A stretch of 34,532 nt of DNA from Salpingoeca rosetta (taxonomy: Eukaryota; Protista; Choanoflagellata): the NCBI GenBank assembly GCA_033442325.1, contig JAWQFM010000004.1, positions 2,224,238 to 2,258,769 on the forward strand. Direction: 5' to 3'. The translations under genes and the position numbers were made by a program. The notes beneath the pieces were generated by a model that was not told the origin of the DNA, ran no database searches, and saw nothing but the letters and a program-made list of their open reading frames with translations. Position 1 is the stretch's first letter. Every line of letters starts with the position of its first letter. Shown in pieces: positions 1 to 33,421 of this stretch.

Positions 1-1631
1 CCACGGCCCCGTCTTCTGCAGCTGGTACAAGTCACTTGGCCCGAAGCCCTCGGCCTCGAGGTCCACAGCAGGGAGTGCCGTCATGAGCGCCCACGGGTCA
101 TCGGCCAGCGCAGCCCATCGTCTTTCCTCAGCGTGCCGCACCAGGCACTCTGCCATGGCATGCAGCAGGCGGCTGTGTTTGGTGAGGTGGGGAGCCACAA
201 AGGTGTCGTCGAAAGTCTGTTGCACATCACTGCTGTACACGGGCCGCTCCACGGTAGCACCCGCGTCCTCTGCAGTCTCGATCAGACGCAAAAGCGCAGA
301 TGCCTTGTGCTGTAGGCTGCTCTCTGCATTGCGCACCACGCCACACACCTCACGCGCTGTTGCAACGAGAGCCTCGTCGTCAATGGCGCAGCAGGCCTGG
401 AGGACGGGTGTCAGGGAGTCTTCAACCATGCGATGCATTGCAGGAATCAGGCTGGTGATGTTGCGCATGAGCCCGGCGGTCTGCATGAAGATGAATCGGA
501 GCCATGCCTCGTCCTGAACAGAGGTGTCATCGTTGTCATCGCCATCAACACGTATGAACCTTGCCATGGGCAGCATGCCGAGGTGGTCAACAACATCGCG
601 CAATCCGTGCTTGGTGAGGATGGGCGACAGCACGAGAGTGGTGTAGCGCTGCCAGTTGAGGTTGGGGAGGCCACGCTTGTAGCAGCTGAATCGGGCGGTT
701 TCGGGCGCTCTGTCGAAGCACAGGCCGCGGAGGTGAGCAGAGCTGCCAGTCAACACAAACGTGTAGCGCGCGGCACACTGCCCGAAGACATGCATGGCGA
801 TGATCCACCAGCGATCCTCGTCGAAGGTGTAGACGGCCTGGTACTCATCGATGAGGCCCACCACTTTGATCTTGTTCGCTTTGAGCCATCTGGCAAAGTG
901 ACCTGGGGCGTCGGATGGAGACGTGTCCTCAGGCAGTTCCATGGAGAGTCCCGTGCGCTCCTTGATTGCGTTGTGGAGCAGTTTGTACAGGTCACGGTGC
1001 GTTTGGGCAGAGGCGTAGAAGACGACGACAGAGGCCGGCAGCAGCATGTTCAGGAGCTTCTCCAACAGCAACAGCAGCGTCGTCTTGCCCGTGCCCTTTG
1101 GTCCGACGACCAGGCGACCAGCGCCCTTGTTGCTGGCACCTTTGTTGCCACTGACGACGTCAAAAACGTGCGTGACGATGTCGTCGAGGACGGTGCGCTG
1201 CGATGGTGTCAGCACCACTTGCTTGTGCCGATCCAAGCACACGCGCTGGAGAAGCTCCTCAACAGATTCACGCAGCTCAGTGCTCGTCTCTGGCAGCGGC
1301 ATATCGGGGTGCTGGGGTTTGTGCACAGACACGGAGGGGTCGTCGAGCTTCAGTTCCAGCTGCGTCGTTGTGATCTTGGACATGAGCTCACAGCGCACCG
1401 CTGTGCGAAACGGGCTGTCGAGCAATTCTGCAAGCCAGGACGGAAGCTGCTGCAGGCAAGTACAAGAACCAACAAGTGGCAAGGGCATGAAACACCCGTA
1501 AGCACAGAAGGGGATGCAGGGTTCAAGGTGCAGGGTGAAGGGTGTAGGGTGCACTGTACGAGGGTGCAGGGTGCAGGGTGCAGGGTGTATGGTGCAGGGT
1601 GCAGTGGATGGTCGCTGACATGTTCTGCCAT
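1..1631 (-). CDS. P-loop NTPase of STAND/AAA_14/Crinkler-RHS-like type, 3'-partial (exons 1631-1620, 1449-<1)
   Basis: Missing from the ORF track because it has no stop in the window. Manual translation: ATG at 1631 (MAEH), GT-AG intron 1619-1450, then 483 stop-free codons to the edge. Walker A LVVGPKGTGKT (GPKGTGKT at 1104-1081), Walker B VVGLIDEYQ (864-838), sensor-like FVLTGSSAHLRGLCF, and degenerate GxP-like QTAGLMR. Confidence 0.85.
1515..1606 (+). repeat. Degenerate 7-bp G-rich tandem repeat (TGCAGGG/TGTAGGG/TGAAGGG) in the NTPase intron
   Basis: About 13 units read directly, e.g. tgcaggg tgaaggg tgtaggg ... tgcaggg tgcaggg tgcaggg. Confidence 0.9.
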
Positions 1632-2054
1632 CGTGTTGGTCGTTGTGGGAAATTTTGTGAAAGAGACAACAGAGACAGGTCCGGTTCACTATGCGCCAGC
1701 ATCTTCATGCATTCTTCTTCCATTCTTCCATGTCCTCGTCCCTCGTGCTTTCTGTTTGCATGCGAGCGAGCACTCCTCCCCCTCTTCGCCTCCACTCACG
1801 TTCCACGTCCCAGAGCACATGAGCACAGAGTGCATTGCTGTATGTTGCTTGGGCAAAGTCAAAGAAGAAAAAGCAAAAGGCAAGCAAGAACAAGAAGAAG
1901 ATGGAGGACACAAGAACGAAAGTGTGAACCGCAGCAACAAGTACCCAGTGCAGCCAGGCATGCAGTACGAAACGAACATCACACAAGAAGAATACCCAGT
2001 GGTCACGGTATGTACAAACACACAAGACTATAGCACATGCATCCGAGCACCTCC

Positions 2055-3117
2055 TCAACTCAAAGACTCAAGAGCGAACCCAACACAGAGACAAGCAAGC
2101 AAGGTCGGGAAGAGCACCCATGGTGCGGCAGCCTGGCTGGCACCTGCAGCACATCGTGCAGTTGCCAGCATGAACACGAACGACAACAAATGAATGTAAA
2201 GAGACGTGTATGTGTTTGTGTGTGACAAATGCAGCACAAGCCAGCACTGCCGCCTCTGCAGCGCAATGCTGCAGTGCTTCGCGAAACTAAAACGCACTCC
2301 TTCGTCATCTCAACGCACCTGATGATGTAGCGAGGAGGTTGACGGGTGCAACGGTAGCGGAGGCTGCAGCAGTCACGTTGACGCCGAGGGCGTGGCAGTA
2401 ATCGATGATGTGTGTGCGGACAAGCGACACTTCCTCCGGGGTTGCGGCCGCGCCAAAGAAGTACCCGGCCTGGCATGGGCGAAAAAACAGCAGCACAGAT
2501 ATGTGCGGTGGTGCAGGAATGGACAGGGTGCAATACATCGATAATGAGTCGTTGTGAGATTCGAAACACACGGCACCAAAGAAGCCAATAGTAGTACAAC
2601 TTGAGAACACTGGAGCGAGCACGCCCACACCAACAAACAGAACAAACAACACGAACAAGCGAGTGAACACGTGAATGAAGATAAGCTGCTGCCACTCTGC
2701 AAACTGACCTCTGTTCCCTGGAGGATGGTGCCGAAGCAAGCGCCGTGGTCGAGAATCTGATTGCAGTCGTCGGTGCTCCCGTCTGTATTGGCGAGGCGCT
2801 GCAGCGCTGGGTTGAGCAGGTGGCAGTATCGACCGCTGTCCATCTGGCACAGGAACGTCAGCGATGGGAGGTCGTGCAGCAGCTGTCGCAGCGACGTTGT
2901 GAACGGGTCCGTGCTCTCGAGGCACGCTGGGCAGTGTAAGGTTGTGTGTGTGTGTGTGTGCGTGAGAGAGAGAGGGTGTGAGTGTGCGTGCGCGCGTGCA
3001 TGCGTGTGAGTGAGTGAGTGAGTGCGTGTGCATGTGTGCGTGAGTGAGAGGGTGAGTGAGTGAGTGAGTGAGTGTGCGTGCGCGCGTGCATGCGTGCGTG
3101 TGTGAGTGAGTGTGTGA

Positions 3118-3161
<44 letters not shown>

Positions 3162-4190
3162 CACGACATATGGATGCGCGGCGTGAGCATCCACAGCAGC
3201 CACTCAAAAACGGCAACTGTCAAAACGCGGAAAGTAGCACCTGTGTCGTTCAAGGCTGCTGCGGACCGCAAGAGTGTTGCCAAGCACGGGTTTTGGCACG
3301 TCTGATCCAACTGTACCATGAACGACACATTTGCCACAAAGGGGGCAAGAAGGATGGCAAAGTGAGTGAACGCATTGCAGAAGAGAACGCGGTGTTTATC
3401 AAACACACACACACACGCACACACACACACGCAAACACACACAAATACACACACGCAAACATACACACAGTACGTCGTCAGCGGTGAGGGAGGAAGCGGA
3501 GGTGATGGCGACTGTCGACTCTTGGAAGATCTCTTCAAAGCACTGGATGAGTTCCGTGTTGACAATGTTCTCCGTGGCCTGCCTGCATTGAGGCGTGGTG
3601 CCTTCGATAAGTTGTTGCCGCAGCACGTCTGTGCTTGGAATGACCTGAAAGAAGGCACCGTCGTCGTCGTCTCCGCCAAGCACAGACCCCGTCGTGAGGC
3701 TGCCGTCGCCGCAGACGGCAATGGACGAGTTGCGGGCGTCGCAGATGCAGGACCACACACTCTGCTCAATCCTGTAGATGCTGCGGGTGTTCCACGTGGT
3801 TGTGCTGCACACGCGCGCGCACTGTGCCTCGTCTGTGATGCCGGCTGCCGCGCAGGTGGGGATATCCACGATGCTGCCGTCGAAGAAGTCGCGCACGCCC
3901 TCGTGCTCCTGAAGGTCCGTGCGGGTTGTACACACGCTCACATACACGTCGTCCTTCCCACACTGGCAGACGTTGTCCCCAAACAGGTGCTGCGGTGCCG
4001 CATACCCTCGGCAAAACAAGCTGCAGCCGTCCGCGTCCCCAATGCCCAGCAACCCGCACGGTGGCAGCGCCTGCGCTTGCACCACCACAACTGAGCCTTG
4101 CTCCACTGCCGCTGCCGCAAACAGCAACGCAGCCATCACCACCACGCTGCTTGGCAGCCTCAAGGCCGACAACTTCCGCCTTCGTGCCAT
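2055..4190 (-). CDS. Secreted, probably GPI-anchored Cys-rich protein, about 414 aa (exons 4190-3474, 3310-3241, 2926-2709, 2469-2319, 2143-2055)
   Basis: All four introns are GT-AG with matching phases. N-terminal signal peptide (MARRRK...VVVMAALLFAAAAV), two 6-Cys repeats, a 10-Cys domain, and a C-terminal small-residue site plus hydrophobic tail (ATSSGASQAAAPWVLFPTLLACLCVGFALESLS*). Confidence 0.85.
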
Positions 4191-4328
4191 CCTGTTGTTT
4201 GTGTACACTTGTGTCTGCCGTGAGGTTGGGGTGCTGTTGTTGTTGTTGTTGTATGGTGTGGGTTGTAGGCAAGGAGTCGGGTGTTGAATTTGTGCTGTTG
4301 GGAACAGTTTGTTTATGTGGCGGCTGAA
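4191..4328. promoter_or_regulatory. Putative compact bidirectional promoter/5' UTR region
   Basis: Only 138 bp between the divergent ATGs at 4190 (-) and 4329 (+). Depends on the AP5Z1 start call. Confidence 0.4.
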
Positions 4329-13197
<8,869 letters not shown>

Positions 13198-13486
13198 TCC
13201 CAACATGCCGCCACATCCCCCACTATCGAGACATTAAAAGAATGGCGCTGTTGTGGTACCCTCGCTCTTGTGTGTTGGAGTGTAGCGGCGAGCGAGTGTG
13301 CCGAACACGTGCAGGCACAGTTACATCGTGTATTACCCCTTGCTGCTCCTTGCTCTTCTCGTGTCGATTGAATGAATGCAACGAAACTGCAAGCATGACG
13401 GTTGGGAAAGCAGACAAAGAAGTTGATTGCAGACAGGCAGACAGACAGACAGACACACAGACGCAACACACAGACGCAACACACAA

Positions 13487-14020
13487 TCACGGTCGATGGG
13501 CGAGCATGCGGTGCTGCTGTCGTTTGGGTTGCGGGCGGGAATAGCGCATTCGCTGCTGCATTGTTCGCGTCTGTGTTTCCAACTCCTCCAAGCGAGACGT
13601 CAGCAAATCAAATGCGCCGTCAAACTCTGCAACCCGTGCACGAAGTGGAAGAGTGAAGAAAGGGTCTTGTGAGCGAGATAAGTAAGCTGTGGCGGTGTGG
13701 AGGTGTGGAGAGAGGATATCGCATACATGCACAACAACATGATGCCATCCACACCAGCATACCGATGTAGTGTGGGCGCTGTGCCTTGCATTTTTCTGAC
13801 ACATGGTGGTATTGGTGCTCCAGATGTTTTTGCTCTCGCTCGTGGACCGCCAACGATCGCTCCAGCCGCAGAATCTGTGGCGTTAGGAGGGATATGGTGA
13901 TGAGAAGATGGCGGGGTGAAGGAGGTGGGGAAAAGCAGAATGACAAAACAAAAAAAAACTACGTCAAGCAATATCATCATCACCACCACCACCACCACCA
14001 CCACCACCACCACCACCACC

Positions 14021-14054
<34 letters not shown>

Positions 14055-16829
14055 TCATCATCACCATCATCATCACCATCATCATGATCATCATCATCAT
14101 CGCCACACCTCGTCCAGGCTGTCCAGGATTGGGTCGGGGACATCGGGCCGTGCAAGCCGTTGGAGTTCGCGAATGAATTCCGTCTTGTGGCGCGGGGATG
14201 GTGCACTCTGCAGCAGGCAGAGAATGGTGGATTTGTTGGTGTGAATGAGTGTGAGTGAGGGCGGGTGTGTGAGTGAGTGTGTGCGTGAGTGTGAGTGAGT
14301 TAGTGAGTGGATCAGAGTACCACGCCTTGGACATTGAACAAGTTCGCCACCAAGTACGCACGATCACACGCTAGAAGCACGTTGCCTCACCACAGCGTGG
14401 GTCATGTTCACGAGGGCGTCAATCGTTTCTAGCCGCTGTTCGTCAAGTGTTTCGCACACGCGTGCAAATCTGTCGAGAATTCAACGAGCGGCAGATGCAC
14501 GCATGTGCAAGTCGATGGAGCGATGAGCAAAAGGAGCCCACACAGGATCGCAAGTGATTTCCAAGCATATGAAACGGACACACAGACACACACACAGACA
14601 CACACACATACACACACACACACACACGAGTGCAGCATGGCAGAGATATCGGCACTCACTCTTCTGCCTGATCAAGCAGGGCATCCCAGCTCTGTGCGGA
14701 TTTGTCGATATGCAGAAGCGTGGCGGCACGCGAAGCAGTTGATGTGTGCTGGTGCAGCGCCTCTGAAAGATATTTCGCGCGAAGGTGCTGGATCTCCTCA
14801 AGCACAGCTGGAATCATGCATGCGCATGCGTGTTTGTTTGTTGTTTGTGTCAATTGGTGATGGTGAGTTCATTCACGGCGACCAAACAGCAATAATGCTA
14901 CACGTAGAGCAAACAGGAGGCGCACATCAGAGCACAACAAGTCCTTCAACTCCGCATTGACAAACTCAGCCAATGTAATGAGCAGAACAAACGCGGACAC
15001 ACACACACACACACAGACACACACAGACACAGACACACACACACACGCACACGCACACATACACACAGACACGCACACATACACACCAGCATCCCCCGAC
15101 GAGAGCTTGAGGAGGTGCGTGAGGTCGTCGCGGTAGGGCTCAAGCTGCCGCGCGTGCTGATGCGCTGCATTTGCCGACGCAACAGACTTGGCCAGCTGTG
15201 GCGTGGGGTGCACCAGATGGGTGGATTGGATGGAGGTGAGTGAGGACGTGGGAGTGTGTGTGCGTGTGTGTGTGTGTGAGTGTGTGTGTGTGTGAAAGCA
15301 GGGAGGAACGCGGTACAGAGAGAGTGCGCGCGTGAGTTGAGTGTTGCTGTGATGGCGTTGGTGACATGAGCTTGCACAGAAGTCTGCAACACCGCACATC
15401 ACACACACACCTTCTCATGGGTGCGATTCAGCTCTGCTTCTGCCTCTGTCAGCCGTATCTTCAGGCGGCCTGACAAGCAAACGGGTACACGTAGTGAACA
15501 AAGTGCATGTATGTATGCACGCACATGTGAGTGCTGGGTTACATGATAATCGCAAGGGGTTGCGTTGCTAAGTGCATTCACGCGGGGGTTCAGCGACACA
15601 CACGCACTTGCTTCCTGGTTTGTTTCTTGCGTTGTTGCACTTGATGTGGCCTCCGCCTCACTGCAAAGCACAAACAAGAAAAGAAACATGTTGACAGTGA
15701 GGGAATGAAGCGCGCGAGCGAGGAAGAGGTGTCTGTGTGTGTGTGTGCGTGAGTGTGTTTTGTGTGTGTGTGAGTGTGTTGTTTTTGTGTGTGTGTGTGT
15801 CTTGATGCGTGTTTCCTTGTTGTGGGAAGGACTGCAGGCGGTTTAGCAGTACTCACTCGAGAAGTTGTCGTGATTCATCGAGTGCGGTCACAAGGTCCTC
15901 TGCAGCAATACCCGGGCGGCAAGCAACGGCATGAGGCGGCAGGGGAATTGCGCGGTAGGGGGGGGGGGGTTGACAAGATATCACGTCGCATCATGCAAAG
16001 AAGTAGTCAAACAATGACACATACAACCTCAGCGCACACATGCACACATGCACGCACCTCGCTCTGCGTGCGCGTCATCGAGCATCTGCCTGTAGCGATC
16101 CCGCTCATCCTGAAGGTACTGGTTGGCTTGGGTTTGCTCTGCCACCGTTTTCTGACGAGACAGGAACCAGCAATTGAAGCACACGCGTGAAGGCACATGG
16201 TAATGAGCACGTGCATGCTAGCTGGTGCAGATACAGCGAGAACGATTGCCTGCAGGCATGATGGGACAACTTCTACCGCATGCATGCGTGTGTGTGTGCG
16301 CGTGCGTGTGTGTGTGTGTGTGGTTGAACCTGAAGGCTGTCGATCTGCGCCTGCATCTCCTCAATCTGTTGTGTTTGCATCTCATACAGCTTCTTCTGTA
16401 GCGCTCGCTGTCGCTCTTTCGTCCTGAAGCAGCAGACGAGGATGCAGGTGTGAGTTGCGCATGCGATCATGTGCAGCAACGTGCGTGTGAGTAAGTGCCT
16501 GTATATGCATGTGTGCCTGCAGGCAAGGGTGTGCACACGTACTCCAGACGAGAAGGTGACGAGCGCCTTGGCGGTGAGGGTGAGGCACGACCTGACGCGT
16601 CGTGGAGATCGTCCACAAGCTGCACGCCAACACAGTCAGGGACGATGAGTTGCATGTGTTTGCATCGACGTGCTTTCAAGCGACCAGACACGTAAAGCGA
16701 GCAGGCTAACACACAAATAGACAGACACACAGAGACACAGAGACACAGAGAGACATACACACGCACAGGCAGGCAGGCAGACAGACAGACAGGCAGGCAG
16801 GCAGACACACACAAATAGACGGACACACA

Positions 16830-16876
<47 letters not shown>

Positions 16877-17207
16877 ACTACCGATCGAAGACGAGAGACG
16901 GTGCTCTTGAGTTCCTCGTTCTCGACGCGCATGCTGTTATGCTGTGTGAATTGCATGTATCATGCGGGTTATAAGTCTGTGTGTCCGGCAACCCGTAGCA
17001 GCACGGTTGCGTGCATGCAAGCAAACGCATACCTCGTCGACGAGCGATGTGTGTGCCTCGAAGAGTTCATGATACTGGCGGCGTAACCTTGCATTTGCTG
17101 AGAGCATTTGTGCATGCAAGCTCGAGTGTGAGGCGCGACGTTGATCGTGGCGGCGAGCTGGGCAATCAAATGCAAACAGAGTGCAGTATGCAGACATGCA
17201 CTTGGGC

Positions 17208-17240
<33 letters not shown>

Positions 17241-17723
17241 CACACACACACACAGACACACACACACACACGACGCACACACACACACACACACAGACAC
17301 ACACACACACAGACACACACACACACACACACACACACGACGCATACCGTTGACGGTTGTTGTGTGTTTCTTCTGTTGTGTCTCGAGCTGGTCATCAAAC
17401 TGGCCAATCTGCTTCTGCAAGATGCCAACCATGGACATGAGCTGCATGTTCTCGGACTCGAGCTCGTTCCCGCGCTCCTTCAACATGGCTGCATGCGCTG
17501 CTTGCTGTGCCCTCAGCTCCGCGCGTATCTTGGCTTCAACAATACACCCCACAGGGGGGGGGGGAGTTGGGGGGGGGGGATCGTAACGTGTTGATCGTGA
17601 GCAGAGAAGGCAACGATGAGATANNNNNNNNNNNNNNNNNNNNNNNNNNNNNNNNNNNNNNNNNNNNNNNNNNNNNNNNNNNNNNNNNNNNNNNNNNNNN
17701 NNNNNNNNNNNNNNNNNNNNNNN

Positions 17724-17759
<36 letters not shown>

Positions 17760-17930
17760 GCACACACACACATGTCCACACGCACAACAGTCTACCTCGT
17801 CGAGGCGGCGTGTTGGCAGCTCGTCTCTCCTTCTTGATCGTTCGCGGCGAATCAAGGGGCGCTCATCGCGCAGCAGCGGCGTCTTGCCATGCTTGCTGCC
17901 CTTGCCAGACCGCAGCCGCGACGACGACAT
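13487..17930 (-). CDS. Hypothetical long coiled-coil protein, about 16 exons
   Basis: ATG at 17930 (MSSSRLRSGKG). Mostly phase-consistent GT-AG exons with heptad-like content: IRAELRAQQAAHAAMLKERGNELESENMQL, ENEELKSTVSRLRS, QIEEMQAQIDSLQKTVAEQ, RLKIRLTEAEAELNRTHEKL, LTSRLEELETQTRTMQQR. Stop at 13489-13487. An N gap lies in intron 1. No family recognised. Confidence 0.75.
13973..14101. repeat. (CAC)n(CAT)n trinucleotide tract, intronic in the coiled-coil gene
   Basis: Lies between the donor after ...DSLDE and the acceptor before ILRLER on the minus strand. Confidence 0.9.
17624..17723. other. Assembly gap (100 N)
   Basis: Run of N. Confidence 1.
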
Positions 17931-18214
17931 GAATGGTGGTGCAGTGTGGTGAGGAAGTTGTGTGTGGTCGCACCCGTTGTTATTCAGCTTTGTGTTTGTT
18001 TGTGCGCTTTGGCTCTCTTCTCCCAGTGTGCTGTTTTGCTTGTTGTTGATGTGTGACAACTTCATTGAAGGCAGCTCTGACTTTGAACAGAAGCTCACAG
18101 CACAGGTGCACGCAAACACCACTAAATGTAATGAAACCCTCCTCTCCCATTCACATACCTCGTACCCACCCACACACCCACACACACATGCCCCCCCCCC
18201 CCTACACACACACG

Positions 18215-20576
<2,362 letters not shown>

Positions 20577-20961
20577 CGCCGCTTGTTTGTTTGCTCACTC
20601 CCTCGCTTGCTTGCTTTGCCCTCCTTTCGAGATTCGCAAGGAGCAGGCAATTTAGGACAATTGAGCGGTATCTTTCGGTAATTTTCGGACCGCAGCCCAC
20701 GAGATTGAACGACGAACAACAGCAGCAGACAGCTTTGGTGGGGTTGTGCTGGCGTGGTTTGCTGTGTTCTTGTATTTGGTTTGGGACGTGAGGTAGATGG
20801 AGTGCAGTGACGACGCCTGGGGAGAGAGAGAGAGAGAGAGAGGAGTGTTTGGGACTCATGCTGTGCGTCGTGGCCACAACCACCTTTGGTATGCTCATTG
20901 TATGCCTGTGTTTTGTCCCTAGATCACGTCCCCATTTGGCATTGAACAAAAGGACGCGCCA
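20577..20961. promoter_or_regulatory. Putative bidirectional promoter between the polyQ gene and the CCCH/ankyrin/MYND gene
   Basis: Divergent ATGs at 20576 (-) and 20962 (+), with a repeat-free, more AT-rich core near 20645-20695. Confidence 0.4.
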
Positions 20962-32229
<11,268 letters not shown>

Positions 32230-32290
32230 ACCGTGTGACCGATGACAAAGGTTGGGCTCATGAAATGTGCGTGTGTGTGTGTGTGTGAAA

Positions 32291-32324
<34 letters not shown>

Positions 32325-33421
32325 TGAAGTGTGTGTGTGCGTGTAAGGTGTGGGCACTTGCATTTGTGCTCGTGTGTTGTTGTGTGCGTACGTTTTTTTT
32401 TTTTTTTGCCAGCCAATACACCATCCATGTTTGCAAGCGTGATATCCACTGGTGTGGCAGAGAGGTGGATTCAAACAAATGGCATGCGTATGCAGCGCGA
32501 CGGAAGGGAAGAAAGAAAGAAAGGGGCAAAAGTACACCAAGAGTAACATTGGGAGTCATTCAGGCAGTCAGTCATTGATTCGAAGAAACCAAACACACAC
32601 ACACACACACACACACAGCGGTAGACGAGATGTGGTTTGCCGAAAGTATTGTGTTACATCACGGCAGGAAATGTACAGGGGTCACATGACTGGGGCACCA
32701 CCGCCAACATCAACACCGCCAACAGACAAGAGTTGCAGTGGTGGTGGTTGTGGTGGTTGTCACGTGATAGGGAAAGCACACACAGCAAACACGCACAGCC
32801 CACCAGAGAGCGATAAAGAATAGGGGGAACGAAAGAGGGGTCAGACTATGATGAAGCAGCGCTGTTACAGCAACAGAACTTATATCAAGCATGCATACAC
32901 TGAATCCCAAAGAAGCAAGTAGGTCAGCAAGCAGCGGTAACGAACGGAAAGCGTAGGTACATATCGAGGAGAGGGAGGGAGGTTGATTATGGTGAAGGAG
33001 ATGGTTGTAGGTTGTCCTCAAACACGCTTCGCGAGTGCTGTTTGCTGGGTGAGATGCGAAGGCTAGTCTCAATGGGTGGCAGCGTTGCTGGCATTGCCTG
33101 GCGTGCTGGTGGCGGGTGCGACGAGCGAACAAGTGGCGCTGACAGGCTCTTGTGGCCTGATGTGTGCGTAAATGTGTGTTGTGTGTGTGCGTGTGCGTGT
33201 GTACGTGTGTTGTGTGCGCATACGTGCGTGGGTGAGTGTGTGTGTACATGAGCGCGAGGAGAACGGTAGCGCATGGAGTGGAGGAGACAAAGATGCAAGG
33301 CAGGTAGACAGACCGACCGAGGCAGAGAGACAGACAGACAGACAGACACACACACACACACACATGCACACACACACACACACGCATGCATTCACACACA
33401 CACACACACATGCACACACAC

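Noticed and set aside
433-2193. 586-aa plus-strand ORF
   Set aside because: Antisense shadow in codon register with the NTPase, extended through intron and intergenic DNA. It has no motifs, while the minus frame has Walker A and B.
3366-4094. 242-aa plus-strand ORF
   Set aside because: Antisense to exon 1 of the GPI-anchored protein.
13786-14244. Poly-His ORF suggesting a metal-binding protein
   Set aside because: Comes from an intronic (CAC)n(CAT)n tract on the strand opposite the coiled-coil gene.
13487-17930. CEP70 or another named centrosomal identity for the coiled-coil gene
   Set aside because: Only generic coiled-coil resemblance; no diagnostic motif recognised.
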